Shown here: one piece after another, positions 25,001-35,840 of the stretch
Position numbering within the stretch: the first letter of the stretch is position 1
Layout of the letters: the number at the start of each line of letters is the position of its first letter
NCBI GenBank assembly: GCA_951406725.2
Contig: OX597819.1
Coordinates: forward strand, 108,748,001 to 108,812,000
From: Octopus vulgaris
Taxonomy: Eukaryota
Reading direction: 5' to 3'
DNA length: 64,000 nucleotides
Notes under the pieces: generated by a model
What the model was told of the DNA's origin: nothing
The model's input: only the letters and a program-made list of their open reading frames with translations
The model's database searches: none
Program-made: the position numbers and the translations under genes

Positions 25001-28000
25001 CTGACCTAAAAATAATGATGAGACAACAGGCTTCCATATAGTTTCCATCTACCAAATTTAACCCACAAGGCATTAAGTAACCTGAAGCTATAGAAGATAC
25101 TTGCTCCAAGTGCCATACAATAGGAATACATTGTGTGTATATATATATATGTGTGTGTGTGTGTGTATTAATGAACAAAACTATTCTTATTTCTACTGTA
25201 CATTTCTCAGTCACATCATCTCTCTCTCTCTGTTTCTCTTATTACTTCCTCTTCTCTCTCCCTGATTTCTTCTTTGATGTCTTTTTATTCCTTGTTTTAT
25301 TTCTCTTTGCAACACATTATGTCTTATCCAACCTCTTCTTTTATTAATCATCTTGTCTGAATACACACTTTACACACACAAATTTACTGCTCACTTTTAA
25401 CCAACTCTTTCCTCTGTTCTCAATGGCTACACAGGTATCTCTCATTACATACTCCTTCCCTTCTGTCTGTCTGTGACTCTTCACAGTTCCTTTAATCCTT
25501 TCACATTCCCTCTATTATAGGTGTTGGAATGTTTAGACGACTATCAAACTACTCACGTAACCACTTTCCTACAAGTCCTCCATGAACTCTGCTCAGCAAT
25601 CAGACGCTGGTTCCTACAGAGCAAGGTAATGCTTCATTTATGTCATATATTTATTTATGTTTCTTCTTATCTTTATCTTCCTGTGAGTGATTTTTATGTA
25701 TATCTATACACATTAATGTTCATATATGATGATACATGCAATACATATGTGTATGTATGTATATATGTACAATAATGAACTGTTTTACTTGCTTCAGTCT
25801 ACACACTCATTGGTGGAGACAAACAACAAACAGGAACCTGAAGTCACTGCCAACTCAACCCAGGGCGTACAGTGGCTAGTGGACTACCTGACTCAGTATG
25901 ACAGAGACAAAAAAATGTCTGCTGGAGATGTTGATGAATCAGAGATGAAGGCTGAAGATGACAATCCAGCATCAGAAAACAATATGGAAACAGAAGACAG
26001 CTCAGAGACCATTGATGAGAAACCTGTATCACCTTTACATGTCACTATTGTGAAAGACGTCAGTATCTTTTCATGGCTTTTTAGCTCTATGATTGTGTGT
26101 TAGTTTGTATAGGTGTGCATGTTTGTGTATGTTTATGTGTGTGCAGGTGTAATGTATGCATGTATATCCTTGTGTGTGTGCTTGTAAATTTGTGTGTATG
26201 TGTGTCCAGTTAAGTGTCTGTGTCTTCATAGGTGCACATGTGCTTATAATTGTTTGTGTGTGCAAATAGTATTTGCTGTTTGTGTGTGCTATTAGGTGTC
26301 TGTGTTTATATGTGTTGAAGTGGGTATAAAAAAAATTGTGTGCATAATCTTTATAAATATATATATATTTGTATGCATTTGTTTCAGTATTTGTAGATGG
26401 GTGTTTGTGTGCAAGTCTGTATTTGTTGTAATATCACCAATATGGCTAAAGGAAACTATCTCAAGGAAGTATTCTTTAAGCTGAATGTATATATGGTAAG
26501 GTTTCACACATGTAATATAGTAAGTTGATGAATTTCAGTCGACTGAGACAATCCAATCAATTGGAGATTTTAAAAAAAGAAACTAACTATAAGCAAGGGA
26601 GATAACTCCAGTAAGATTGCTTGGTTAGTAATGCGACTCTCACCACCATCAAGTCAATGAGGGAGTCTGTATGGTCATTCATTCTGTTGACAGTATCAAA
26701 AAATTTACCTCAAATCACATCCTACCATGATCTTGATAGACTCCCATATGCATGCTAAATTAGTTACTGATCTCATTACTTTCACCTTACTCCTCTGTAC
26801 ATGGTATGCACAGCTTTCATCCACGTCTAGTTTATTTAGCAATCACCAAATTACAGCACATGGAAACCTGTCTAAAGCCATCTCCAGGTTGAAATATGCT
26901 AGAGACAGTAGCTTATCTCTGAATTTATTTCACTAGGAAGATGGCATCAGTAGTACTTCTTCCTTGTACATCACTGAACTGTATCTTATCTGAGCAGACT
27001 CTCTTCCTAATCAGTTGTAACACTCAACATGATCCATCAATTTGATGTTTTTATAGTTGCTGAGAAAAATAAGAGATGTTTATGGCAAGAACACCTTTAG
27101 TCATGTCTGCTCACTCAGATTCTTCTTGGGGCTAAACAGCAACATAATTTCTACTTCCATTACCACTGTCTCCACCACTATACCATCAACACAAACACAA
27201 CCAGCTATTTAACTCTATCGTGCCACACCCTTATATTGCAGGTCCTCACCCGGGTAAAACATCTCATGTCATCCACAGATGTCCATATTCAGCTTTTGGC
27301 TTTGGACACAGTATGTGCAGCAGTTCAGTCACTCCAGCCATATGAAGGTAAGTTAAGCTGTGTGTGACTCAAAGGTTTACTGGCAACTGGGGCTGTATGA
27401 TGTTAGGTGTTTGGTTACTAGTGACAGGGGCCGAGCATGAGAGGTTAAGGGGTTGGTCGTCTACTGGCTGTCTGAGAGATTAAGGGGATAGTCTGCTTGC
27501 AAATGGAGCTGAGTGTCTGGGAGTTTAAGGGGCTGGTTGACTCACAACCTAGGATGTGATAGTTTGGGAGGTTAAAGGGGTTGGTCTACATTATTCCTGA
27601 AAAGAAAATTTAGATAGCTGTAAGACAAGACAAAGTCATATACTAAAAAATTTTAATGTTTAAATCTGAAATTTAAAACATTGATTTAGTAAACATATTG
27701 GGCATACTGATCACATGATATATTTAGTAAACAAATAAATCTCCATCAGTTTTGTTGATGATTATTCAATTTGATCAACTGGATTATCTGCTCATTGAAT
27801 TGGCATATATATATATGGCTGAGTACTCCACAGTTACATTTATCTTTAACATAGTCCTCAGACAGAATCAGTGTAGTGCAGTGTGATAAGGTCAGATCTC
27901 TGAATTACAGGTTCAATCCATCAGATAAGCATCTGCACAGTTTTTGTGCATCTAATTTCACATATAAGGTTTGGGTCAACCTGAGGTTCCTAGGAAAAGA

Positions 28001-31000
28001 CACTTACCCAAGATGCCACATATTGGGATTGAAACTTGGACCTAATGATCGTAAGGCAAGCTTTTTGACCATTTATTCATGCTGCATCTGATATATAATC
28101 AATAAAATACTTGATTCAATACAATATCTTGAATATCTTTGATCATAGGTCTGTCTGTTCAGTCAGGGCTGATTTGAGGCTAAACAAGAAGGGAATACAA
28201 TGTTAGTAATGATGATTATAACAATAATGATAATGATAGTTGTATGAGACAGTATTTATGTGATATAGTAATAATGTGTGTGTGTGTGTATGTGTTTTTA
28301 TACCATCACTGGGCTCATATTCTCCACATCTACTTTTTCAGATGAACTTTTACCTCAAGTACACCAGCTGTGGTCTCCATTATCTCAGAGATTTTCTGAT
28401 AAGAAAATACTTGTTAGAACAAAGGTAAAGAGTAAAATTAAAATTGGGGTTATTATATTTGCTTACATTTGACTGTTTTCTCTCTCATTCTTCCTGTATC
28501 ATCTATATTTTGTTTTGCATTATCTACTACGTAGCGTCAGTGAGAAAATTACTCGAAAGGCCCAGTTTCCAACATTTGCCATATCATCATGTTTTCCATT
28601 CTTGCATGGATTGCACAGTTTGACAGGAACTGGCAAGACCAGGAATCACACCAGGTTCCATTGTCTGTTTTAACTTGATTTCTACAGTTGATGCCCTTCC
28701 TAAAACCAACCACTTTACATGGTACCATCACCAGTGCTTTTTACATGGCACCAATACCTACACCAATGCTTTTTACATGGTACCTTGGGATTAGGATCTC
28801 AATTCTGTTGTGGTGGGTGGGTCTTCTTGAGTACAACAGTGCACCACATATCTTGGTCCTCTGTCATCTCCATCATAAGGTTCAGCATTTTGAGATCAGC
28901 CTTCAGTACTTTGTCCCATATCTTCCTGGATCTCCCTCTTCCACAACTTCTCTCCACTTTATGCAACTGTCCTCATTCATATGCATCATATGACCAGGCC
29001 AGTAGTGTCTCCTCTCTTGCACACTGCATATAATTCCTCTTATGCCTAACTTTTCTCTTAATACACCAGTGCTCTGTTGAACATGTATATTGTCATGCAA
29101 GCTTTTAGCTTTTACTTGAATGATCTTCATGGTTATTGGCACACAATATCTGATCGTGATCTACATATTCAGGAACCGTTCTATATTAAATATCACATTA
29201 GATGGATGAATTAAAAACAAAAAAAAAACGCAATGTCTGGGCAGTTAATAGAATAGCTGCTTGAGCACATACCTTTGTGTTTATTGTGATGCATTGTTCC
29301 TAATGTAGACATTTCAATCTTTAATGTTTATGCAATATTACTGTTTTCCTCCCAGATCAAATCTTTGTAAAACATCAATTGTTCAACATTATCCATTTAC
29401 AACTTGCCCTTGCATCATTGACTTCATTTTCATTTCATAGCCATTTTCCAGCCATCTTGAATAAGAGTTAACACATCATACTGTATGTGTTAATAGTTAA
29501 TAGACTAGAGAACAACATCAGAATTGCAAAACAATCGAATTCAATGAAAGTAATGATGCTCTGTGCCAGCAATAAATAGTGATATCAGTTTCTAATCATG
29601 TACCAAGAATCTTGTAGTAATGACAGAATGAGCTGTTTGCTTCCAATGAATATTCTTACACACAGAGCTCACAAAAAATATTGCTTTGGACTCTAAACTT
29701 TTTAATGGAATCATAAGAGGGTGTCATTGTGTTTTGGGGTATGTGTAGATATGGGAGCCTATCCCTTTCCAGATCTGATCAAAGAATCCTTCTGGAAGAG
29801 AGACATGTAGAAAGTGAGAAAAAATTTGACTCTACTACAAGACTGATACTTTATTTATTGATCCTGCCATAGTAGGATTTGAACTCAAAGTGTAGAGCAG
29901 TATTTCTCAAAATTTTTACCCTCGTGTAACCCTTAAAATAAATTACAAGTCTCAAAGAATCCCTGCACAAAAAAATTATATACCATATATATCTCATATT
30001 TTTTTCATCGTAGTTCATGTGGTAAACATCATGTATAAATATAAGGTTGTTATATTTTTTATATAGGTTAGATAGGATGATGTCTATATTACAATAACCA
30101 ATAATATGTTGTGCATGTATAGTACTATTATGACCAAGTAATTAGCATTAGCTTATCTCACTCTTTCTCGCGGAACCATAGGGTTACAGGGAACTTTGGT
30201 TGAGAAACACTGGTGTAGAGAGGTGGAACAATTACCACAAAACAGACTATCTGATGCTCCATCGATTTTGCCATTTGGCCTCCTAAAAATGTACTCTGCA
30301 ACAAATATCTGTTTTCCAAAGATTTCATTTTAATATTTTATTAAAAATATTATTCTTTCTTAACCATATTACTAGTAAAATACCCTACCTGTGTTTTTTT
30401 TTTTTAATTTGAAAGTAAGAATTTAAATGGATTTAGTAAAATAACTCATTTTTGTCATTATTTATCTGTTTGGATTATTGCTAATAAAAGTTGTTTTTTT
30501 TCTTTTTGTTCTTATATGTAAAATTATAATTGAAAGTTTTAACATTTAAGCATTGACAGTTTTATATTCAATATTTGCACTGTTTCAGGCCCTTCACACC
30601 TTAATGGATATCTCACAGGTGTGTGGTTCATTCATCAGGAAACGCACAGTTGCAGAGGTTTATCCCACACTCTGCCGATACCTAAGTCACCAGGCTCCAC
30701 TCAGGTATGTATGACTTTGTCATAAATATTACTAAACATATATATGTTGGTTATCATATGTAACTTGTAGATGCGTTGTAGTGTTATACCCTATCACAAG
30801 TTGTCCAAGGGAGACTTAAGTTGTATGTCACATTATTTAGTAGGGCTTATGTAACACATAGTTTAGCTAAATATAGAACATGCTTGTCACCTTGCTGAGT
30901 TCAAGTTTGTATATCTTAATTGTGTAATATCATCATCACCGTTCAACGTCCGTTTTCCATGCTAGCATGGGTTGGATGGTTCAACCAGGGTCTGGGAAGC

Positions 31001-34000
31001 CAGGAGGCTGCATCAGGCTCCAGTCTGATCTGGCAGTGTTTCTACAACTGGATGCCCTTCCTAACACCAACCACTCCGTGAGTGTAGTGGGTGCTTTTTA
31101 CGTGCCAGGGGAGGCTGGCAGCAGCCACGATTGGTTGGTGCTTTTTATGTGCCATCGGCATGGAAGCCAGCCAAGGTGGTGTTGGCATCAGCCACGTTCG
31201 GATGGTGCTTTTTTACATGCCACCGGCACAGGTATCACAACTGCAATTTCCATTTGATTTTTTATTTTGATGATGTACTTGACTCAATAGATCTCCTCAA
31301 GCACAGCAGGCCGTTCTGCGATCTGAGGTACTTTGGATGGGCTGGGGCTGCTATGTGAAACTGGTACAGGAAACAGCCATGAACTCACGTTATTTGTCAG
31401 GTTGGCAGTCACAGCATATCTCCAGAGATCTCGGTCTTTCGTCATTGCCTCTGTGAGGCCCAACGTCCGATGGTCATGCTTGACCACCTCCACACAAAGG
31501 TTATTGTGGTGTGTGATTCAGCTGGATACAATATCATCATTGTTCTAATGTTCACTTTTCCATACTTGGCCAGACAAGTTTTAATGGCAGATTAGAAATG
31601 AATGACAGTTATGCTTGTCTACAACTATCGCATGATGTTGATACAAGGAGACTCACATATAACAGGTGTCTTTCAGTTTCTGTTTCCCAGATCCTCTCAT
31701 AAGGCTTTGGCCACCTGGATCTATAGAAGACACCTGTGCAAAATGCCATGGTGTGAGGCTGAACCTGAAACCATGCAATTGGGAAGGAAATGTCTTAACC
31801 ATGCCTGTGCTTACAATATATTTTATTATAAAAAATTTCTGATTTGTTCTTATATGTAAAATTATAATTGAAAGTTTTAACATTTAAGCATTGACAGTTT
31901 TATATTCAATATTTGCACTGTTTCAGGCCCTTCACATGTACATAATTGTAACACTAATAATCCCACATTCCATGAGCTCAGGTTCATAATACATAAAATG
32001 TAGTAATGGAGGCAGAAATTAAACTTACTTTAAGTGGCATTCCAGAGCAAGAGTATGTATGACTTTGTCATAAATAATACTAAACATATATATGTTGGTT
32101 ATCATATGTAACTTGTAAATGCGTTGTAGTGTTATACCCTATCACAAGTTGTCCAAGGGAGACTTAAGTTGTATGTACATATTATATCAAAAATAAGCTA
32201 TATAACAAAATATAAATGTTTGGCATACAATTACAATATTTGTTTTCACACATATATATGTATGACTGGACTTTTATATATGATACATACATGTATTGTT
32301 TCTTTATATATTTATCTGTATAATAAGTCAAAATATTCACAGGAACCTCCCATAAACCCCACAGGACCTTCTGATTGGTGTAAATTAGTAAATATCCTTT
32401 AGCTAGACATTTGGTTCAACTAGAACACTAATGAAATTTTTTGCCTGAAGAAACGAACACGTATTAATATTTCCCCTTAAAATTCATTGATATTGCAAAT
32501 CATATTTGTAATATCCTATGGCTGGAGAATGCACCAACACAAACATGTGATTTGTGGAAATGTGTTGCCTTACTGGCACGTGAAAAAAGCATTCAAGCGA
32601 AGTCATTGCCAGTGCTGCTGGACTGGCTCCTGTGCGGGTGGCATGTAAAAAACACCATTTGAGCGTAGCCGTTGCCTGTACCACCTGTCTGGCCCTCGTG
32701 GCACGCAAAAAGCACCCACTACACTCTCGGAGTGGTTGGCATTAGGAAGGGCATCCAGCTGTAGAAACTGCCAGATCAGATTGCAGCCATCTGGTTTGCC
32801 AGTTCTCAGTCAAATCGTCCAACCCATGCTTGCATGGAAAGCGGATGTTAAACGAAGATGATGATATATAGCAATGCATTAAAGTATTTATAGATTTCCA
32901 CCTGTTATTACTATATTCATCTGATGCTATTGTAGCACCAGACTAATAACCATCCCATAAAATTACTCTGGAAGATGAGAATAATAAGTGGTAGCTGGAA
33001 TAAATAGGAGCTCTTTATGAGCACACTCAAAAGTGTTTCACATGAAGTACATAATTTTGCTATTTGAAAATTATCACATTGTCTTACAGTGATAAAGCAT
33101 TTGGCAGATAATTTACATTATTAATACTTAATCCTATCCTGAGTATTTATTCATGGTATGTACCTGATATCTCTTGTATACAACTGTCTTTCTCTCTTTC
33201 TCTACTGTAGTAACAACTGCTCCGTAGCTTACACCTTTACCCAAGAGTACAAGCTCCAATTACTTACGTTGGAATACTTTGGCAAACTCTGTCAAAATGT
33301 AAGTATATTCCATGAACTTCATTTTACTATTTCTATATATATATTTTTTATTATTCCTAGTGTTCTTGTCTGATATATTATTTGTTAGGTTCATGTCTGA
33401 TAATTGTTAATTATTTCACCTGTGTTTACATAGATAAACATTTTATACTGATTATATATACAAACACATCAATATAATCAGATGCATGTATTTTTATACC
33501 TCTAGATATACACACTTATTTATATCTAAAAATACCTTTGCACATACATGTATGTATGTATGTGTGTGTATATAGTAAAACGTATGATAAACACAAGATG
33601 CTGTTTATATCACCTGTTCCCTTAGTACATTTCATCATTGTGGGTGTTTGTATCCTCTGCTATGGATGTTCCAAGTGCAATTGAATGCCAAACCACAACA
33701 CTTCAAGGAATACTTTATTGTATTTAGTTACACAAATGATATGCACATACATGTCCGTTTTTTCAATACTTGCTTAGGTTGGATGATCCAGCACAAAGTC
33801 TGGCTTCTTGTCATCCCCATCAGAAGATCTAGAATTCTAAGAGTAGCTCCACTTCTGCCTCTTGGATTCCTTGGCAATTATTTTTGAAACTGTCATCCTT
33901 CTTATGCATCACATGTCTATCTGACAGCAGATTCTTTTACCCAGTTCTCTGCCCTCAGCTCATTTTCTTTTTTACCTACACACATGATTTGCTGCACCCT

Positions 34001-35840
34001 TATATCTATATCGTTTCTTCCTATTACAGCTAGAAGTCAGTAGTAAAGAGATTGACTCTGTAGCATCTTCCTGTCTATTCTACCTCAGTGAATATCAACA
34101 TGAGACTCTACAAAAGGTATGATACTTCTCTTTTCCATTGTCTCGCACACACACTAGCTATGCATCTGTTAAACTAAAGCAATATAATTCAAATTATTCC
34201 AGTTTGACAAAGAGAACAAATATCCAATTCCATTCCATATTTCTTGGATGATGACTGATTAACAGAAGGAAAGTTGTATCGGGTCCATTACATTAACCAT
34301 CAGTGGGAAAAAATGGGCATAAAATGTTCTTCATTGGACCCAGATATACTTAGATCAAAGGCAATCCAACCGTGACCACCTTGTGTTTGTTATTTGTAAG
34401 ACTGCACCAACTGTATTGTTGGACTGCTTTTTCTGGTAAATTAAGTGGCCACATAGAGGCTTCCTTGTTGGAGCAAGAAAGCACTTGTTATGCCTGAGGT
34501 CAGATTGATTAAACAGGCTTATAACCGAAGACACTCCACTCATGCATTTTTTTCAACAGTATAAACTACGATTACATTACCCAATTTGTCTTTTCTTCTT
34601 TTAAGACAGTAGGGTGCAATTTAAGATTTGGCTGCTGTTTCTAGCAGGTCATGCAATCATGGCACAACTCTTATGAACTGAAACTTTTTATTACACATCA
34701 GAAATAATGGATTTGAACTCATGACCTACGAATGTCTCTATTTCATACTTGACCATTTCATTCTAATCCAGGTCCTTTGAAATCTTGAGCCTTTTGTATT
34801 ATTTTTCTTGCAAGTAAAATAAAGTCCAATAAAGTACTAGTAAAATACTTTCTGTTTCAGGCTGCCCTCACAACATTTGGGAGATTGGTTGAGATTGATC
34901 CGGATGTAATGTGGTTTAAACTATCCTCTGTGTGGTGCCCTACGGTTTACACACCAAAATCACCCCTCTTGGAAAATATTCAGGTGAGTAGAAAAAGGGG
35001 TTTATCTCCTTTCTAACCATTCAAGTTTTATTTCCAATCTGCATCTCATTCAGTGTATAGAGATGTGTGTGTGTGTTGATAGGCACACATGTGTTAATGA
35101 AATCTGTGTAGCATTAGAATCAAAATAGAGGAAAATTAAACATGTGGAAAGCAAATGAATAGGACAAAGAAAACAAAGACGGATGCACACTTTCACAGAC
35201 ATATATATCTCCCTTCATCATTTGTTGACCGAAGTCCCATTGTTTCAGCATGACTGTAGAGCATGACTGTAGATTTAAAGAAAAATCTACATGAGAAAGA
35301 TTTAATAATGACAGGATAATAACAAAGAAACATAGGACTGTGTTTACAGTATGATGGGAGATAATGATAGATATGCATGCAATAGAACACCGTCCGAAAT
35401 TTGTGGGTATTTGTGTGGTGTAGTTGATTCAATTGTCTTCCATTACATGATTGGTGCTTATTTTATTGATTCCCAGTTAGTCGAGTGGATATATCCTCCA
35501 GGGAGTTGCTAATCAGTTACTTCCCCCCTGCATTATAGCATTGTTACATTCTAAAATTTTTCTTTAATGGGTTAAAGGAGGAAGCAAAGGGCTGGAATAT
35601 TAAATTCTATATTTTAGCTAACTGGTTGCCAAAACAGACCATCCCAGTTTTCCTTAGTTTCAAATTTTTATCCAAAATACATTGTTTGGAAATGTAACAA
35701 GATTGTCATGAGTTGATGACTGTGACAATAACATTCCAGAATGTTTAACATACTTTTTCTTCTTTCAGTTCAAGACCAAAAACGAGAACGAATATTCAAA
35801 AAACATTGAACTTCTATTTGAAAATCCTTTGCTATCCTGA
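5276..35840 (+). CDS. TTI1: TELO2-interacting protein 1 (TTT complex HEAT-repeat subunit), whole span of 25 coding exons; start exon not located
   Basis: The hand-spliced exons total 3205 nt (1 nt + 1068 codons including TGA), with consistent phases and GT-AG introns. Peptides are collinear with TTI1 family motifs: YVLFPLRLILK, SEELKLAIV, ITGDHIQGH, IKIVEE, LYPLLEKLGD, QNADYLVN, LLPQVHQLW, YKLQL, IDPDVMWF. Confidence 0.95.
5512..5710. repeat. Degenerate (CAT)n-rich tract
   Basis: CAT/CAC/TAT triplet runs. Confidence 0.85.
6139..6447 (+). mobile_element. tRNA-derived SINE, family A
   Basis: A-box TGGCCCAGTGG and B-box-like GTTTCGATTCC; 14-bp TSD TCACTGATTTTGGG at 6125 and 6448; homologous to the copies at 21901 and 57730. 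Confidence 0.9.
6744..6886 (+). CDS. TTI1: TTI1 coding exon 2
   Basis: tttag|A AAA GAC; KDTFLTLLAQCTADVLS...LGSPEESNNK; gtgagt donor. Confidence 0.9.
7415..7490 (+). CDS. TTI1: TTI1 coding exon 3
   Basis: ttcag|TC; STLSEELKLAIVDVLSILLKNSNY; gtaaat donor. Confidence 0.9.
8898..9049 (+). CDS. TTI1: TTI1 coding exon 4
   Basis: tgcag|C; NVLTHLY...LGHTVSSLLSLIEHEKMRKLRVSAMDCL; gtaaga donor. Confidence 0.92.
9383..9501 (+). CDS. TTI1: TTI1 coding exon 5
   Basis: tgtag|GT; CGNMFSSFLPRISIVLSSVITGDHIQGHQVIK; gtaaga donor. Confidence 0.93.
9849..9942 (+). CDS. TTI1: TTI1 coding exon 6
   Basis: tctag|ACA; TAIDTLRKIVLLIMTDKLI; gtgagt donor. Confidence 0.9.
10803..10983 (+). CDS. TTI1: TTI1 coding exon 7
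   Basis: ttcag|AT; LIVNRDQKWIEKTAEKL...GVRLSLVEWAHAILNNCT; gtaact donor. Confidence 0.93.
11160..11377. mobile_element. piggyBac-like MITE
   Basis: TTAA on both sides; decayed CCCTTTAGCA-type ends; partial related copies near 58584 and 61386. Confidence 0.62.
11492..11640 (+). mobile_element. RTE 3'-terminal fragment with (GAT)n tail
   Basis: Reverse complement of about 845-990. Confidence 0.85.
13066..13449 (+). mobile_element. tRNA-derived SINE, family B (internal TA/TG microsatellite)
   Basis: GGCTGTGTGGTAAG...GGTTCAGTC...CCTTGGGCAAGTGTCTTC...GATTTGGTAGA. Related copies lie near 15905-16266, 22230-22320, 22970-23290(-), 25025-25120(-), 31670-31810(-), 36345-36640, 42680-42790(-), 47551-47700 and 49505-49660. 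Confidence 0.88.
13752..13960 (+). CDS. TTI1: TTI1 coding exon 8
   Basis: ttcag|G; SMSNSIPVLLEVLV...LVEILEENLLGLVTTLPRQIRSS; gtgaga donor. Confidence 0.93.
14393..14630. repeat. Imperfect palindrome with ~115-bp arms
   Basis: ATACAGTAGGGTA...CCACTTGCTAAAATCAGAGC...AAACCACCAGAAACTCACAA is mirrored, centred near 14509. Confidence 0.92.
14717..14760. repeat. (TA)n microsatellite (one of many; also 11454-11491, 16020-16056, 47700-47750, 58735-58762, 59039-59062)
   Basis: Direct reading. Confidence 0.9.
15404..15460 (+). CDS. TTI1: TTI1 coding exon 9
   Basis: ttcag|AT; DDAQKLDLIKILSGYLKIL; gtgagt donor. Confidence 0.92.
15905..16266 (+). mobile_element. SINE family B copy
   Basis: Collinear with 13066-13449. 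Confidence 0.85.
17361..17492 (+). CDS. TTI1: TTI1 coding exon 10
   Basis: tccag|GT; [34 protein letters not shown]; gtgagt donor. Confidence 0.94.
17892..18445 (+). mobile_element. RTE 3'UTR fragment with ~59-bp internal repeats
   Basis: Repeated GGCACGTAAAAAGCACC units followed by the common RTE 3' end. Confidence 0.82.
18687..18812 (+). CDS. TTI1: TTI1 coding exon 11
   Basis: taaag|GT; RKTYKHFHSDLILEELKLVLRYLGMY; gtaagt donor. Confidence 0.88.
20088..20207 (+). CDS. TTI1: TTI1 coding exon 12
   Basis: tttag|GA; DLNLLIDHFLDMFHETSLHRLQATYIINQIL; gtttgc donor. Confidence 0.9.
20420..20635 (-). mobile_element. SINE family C copy
   Basis: Collinear with 55699-55941. Confidence 0.82.
20869..20996. 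repeat. Imperfect inverted repeat with ~54-bp arms
   Basis: TTAGATATTGAT...GGAAACAACAC / GTGTTGTTTCC...ATCAATATCTAA. Confidence 0.85.
21190..21250 (+). CDS. TTI1: TTI1 coding exon 13
   Basis: Long poly-T tract and cctag|CC; NTDRPSGTIHDKETLHSIV; gtaagt donor; needed to join phase 1 to phase 2. Confidence 0.85.
21563..21758 (+). CDS. TTI1: TTI1 coding exon 14
   Basis: tacag|T; LLIDEYLAPQNFNLVT...NANILQICLFLEGFAVFAK; gttagt donor. Confidence 0.93.
21901..22220 (+). mobile_element. tRNA-derived SINE, family A
   Basis: Close copy of 6139-6447; 10-bp TSD ATGATATCAG. Confidence 0.9.
22578..22714 (+). CDS. TTI1: TTI1 coding exon 15
   Basis: taaag|GTC; VLNKDFTPFLLKTLYPLLEKLGD...DICTYCEY; gtaaga donor. 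Confidence 0.94.
23695..23860 (+). CDS. TTI1: TTI1 coding exon 16
   Basis: cttag|A; LIQQNADYLVNAITLRLRHL...LLPLVTDTITE; gtaatt donor. Confidence 0.95.
24566..24698 (-). ncRNA. Minimal type I hammerhead ribozyme, Penelope-like, with 92-nt stem-II loop
   Basis: CCU CUGACGA GGCCUAUG-(92 nt)-CAUAGGCU GAAAC AGCU GUA AGG: complete core, 8-bp stem II, palindromic stem III, 3-bp stem I. Confidence 0.8.
25521..25625 (+). CDS. TTI1: TTI1 coding exon 17
   Basis: tatag|GTG; VLECLDDYQ...FLQVLHELCSAIRRWF; gtaatg donor. Confidence 0.93.
25798..26058 (+). CDS. TTI1: TTI1 coding exon 18 (acidic linker)
   Basis: ttcag|TCT; WLVDYLTQYDRDKKMSAGDVDE...PLHVTIVKD; gtcagt donor. Confidence 0.9.
27242..27347 (+). 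CDS. TTI1: TTI1 coding exon 19
   Basis: tgcag|GTC; VLTRVKHLMSSTDVHIQLLALDTV; gtaagt donor. Confidence 0.92.
28342..28424 (+). CDS. TTI1: TTI1 coding exon 20
   Basis: ttcag|AT; ELLPQVHQLWSPLSQRFSD; gtaaag donor. Confidence 0.93.
28585..29095 (-). mobile_element. Degenerate RTE 3' fragment
   Basis: Remnant peptide LREKLGIRGIICSVQERR..W.GH plus 3'UTR similarity. Confidence 0.78.
29898..30212. mobile_element. hAT (Charlie-like) MITE
   Basis: TIRs CAGTATTTCTCAA / TTGAGAAACACTG; perfect 8-bp TSD GTGTAGAG; splits an older SINE. Confidence 0.9.
30589..30704 (+). CDS. TTI1: TTI1 coding exon 21
   Basis: ttcag|GCC; ALHTLMDISQVCGSFIRKRTVAEVYPTL...QAPL; gtatgt donor. Confidence 0.93.
30930..31492 (-). 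mobile_element. RTE 3' fragment
   Basis: EVVKHDHRTLGLTEAMTKDRDLWRYAV followed by the 3'UTR and a (CAT)n tail. Confidence 0.88.
31843..32175 (+). repeat. Duplicate of the TTI1 exon 21 flanks with a replaced interior
   Basis: 31843-31935 matches 30505-30597 and 32053-32175 matches 30705-30827. Confidence 0.92.
32570..32865 (+). mobile_element. RTE 3'UTR fragment
   Basis: Same terminal sequence as 11492-11640. Confidence 0.82.
33211..33298 (+). CDS. TTI1: TTI1 coding exon 22
   Basis: tgtag|T; AYTFTQEYKLQLLTLEYFGKLCQN; gtaagt donor. Confidence 0.93.
34030..34116 (+). CDS. TTI1: TTI1 coding exon 23
   Basis: tacag|CTA; LEVSSKEIDSVASSCLFYLSEYQHETLQK; gtatga donor. Confidence 0.93.
34861..34983 (+). 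CDS. TTI1: TTI1 coding exon 24
   Basis: ttcag|GCT; AALTTFGRLVEIDPDVMWFKLSSVWCPTVYTP; gtgagt donor. Confidence 0.94.
35769..35840 (+). CDS. TTI1: TTI1 last coding exon 25
   Basis: ttcag|TTC; FKTKNENEYSKNIELLFENPLLS-TGA, matching the family C-terminal N-x-Y-x-x-N-(I/V) pattern. Confidence 0.88.
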   Translation, partial: FKTKNENEYSKNIELLFENPLLS

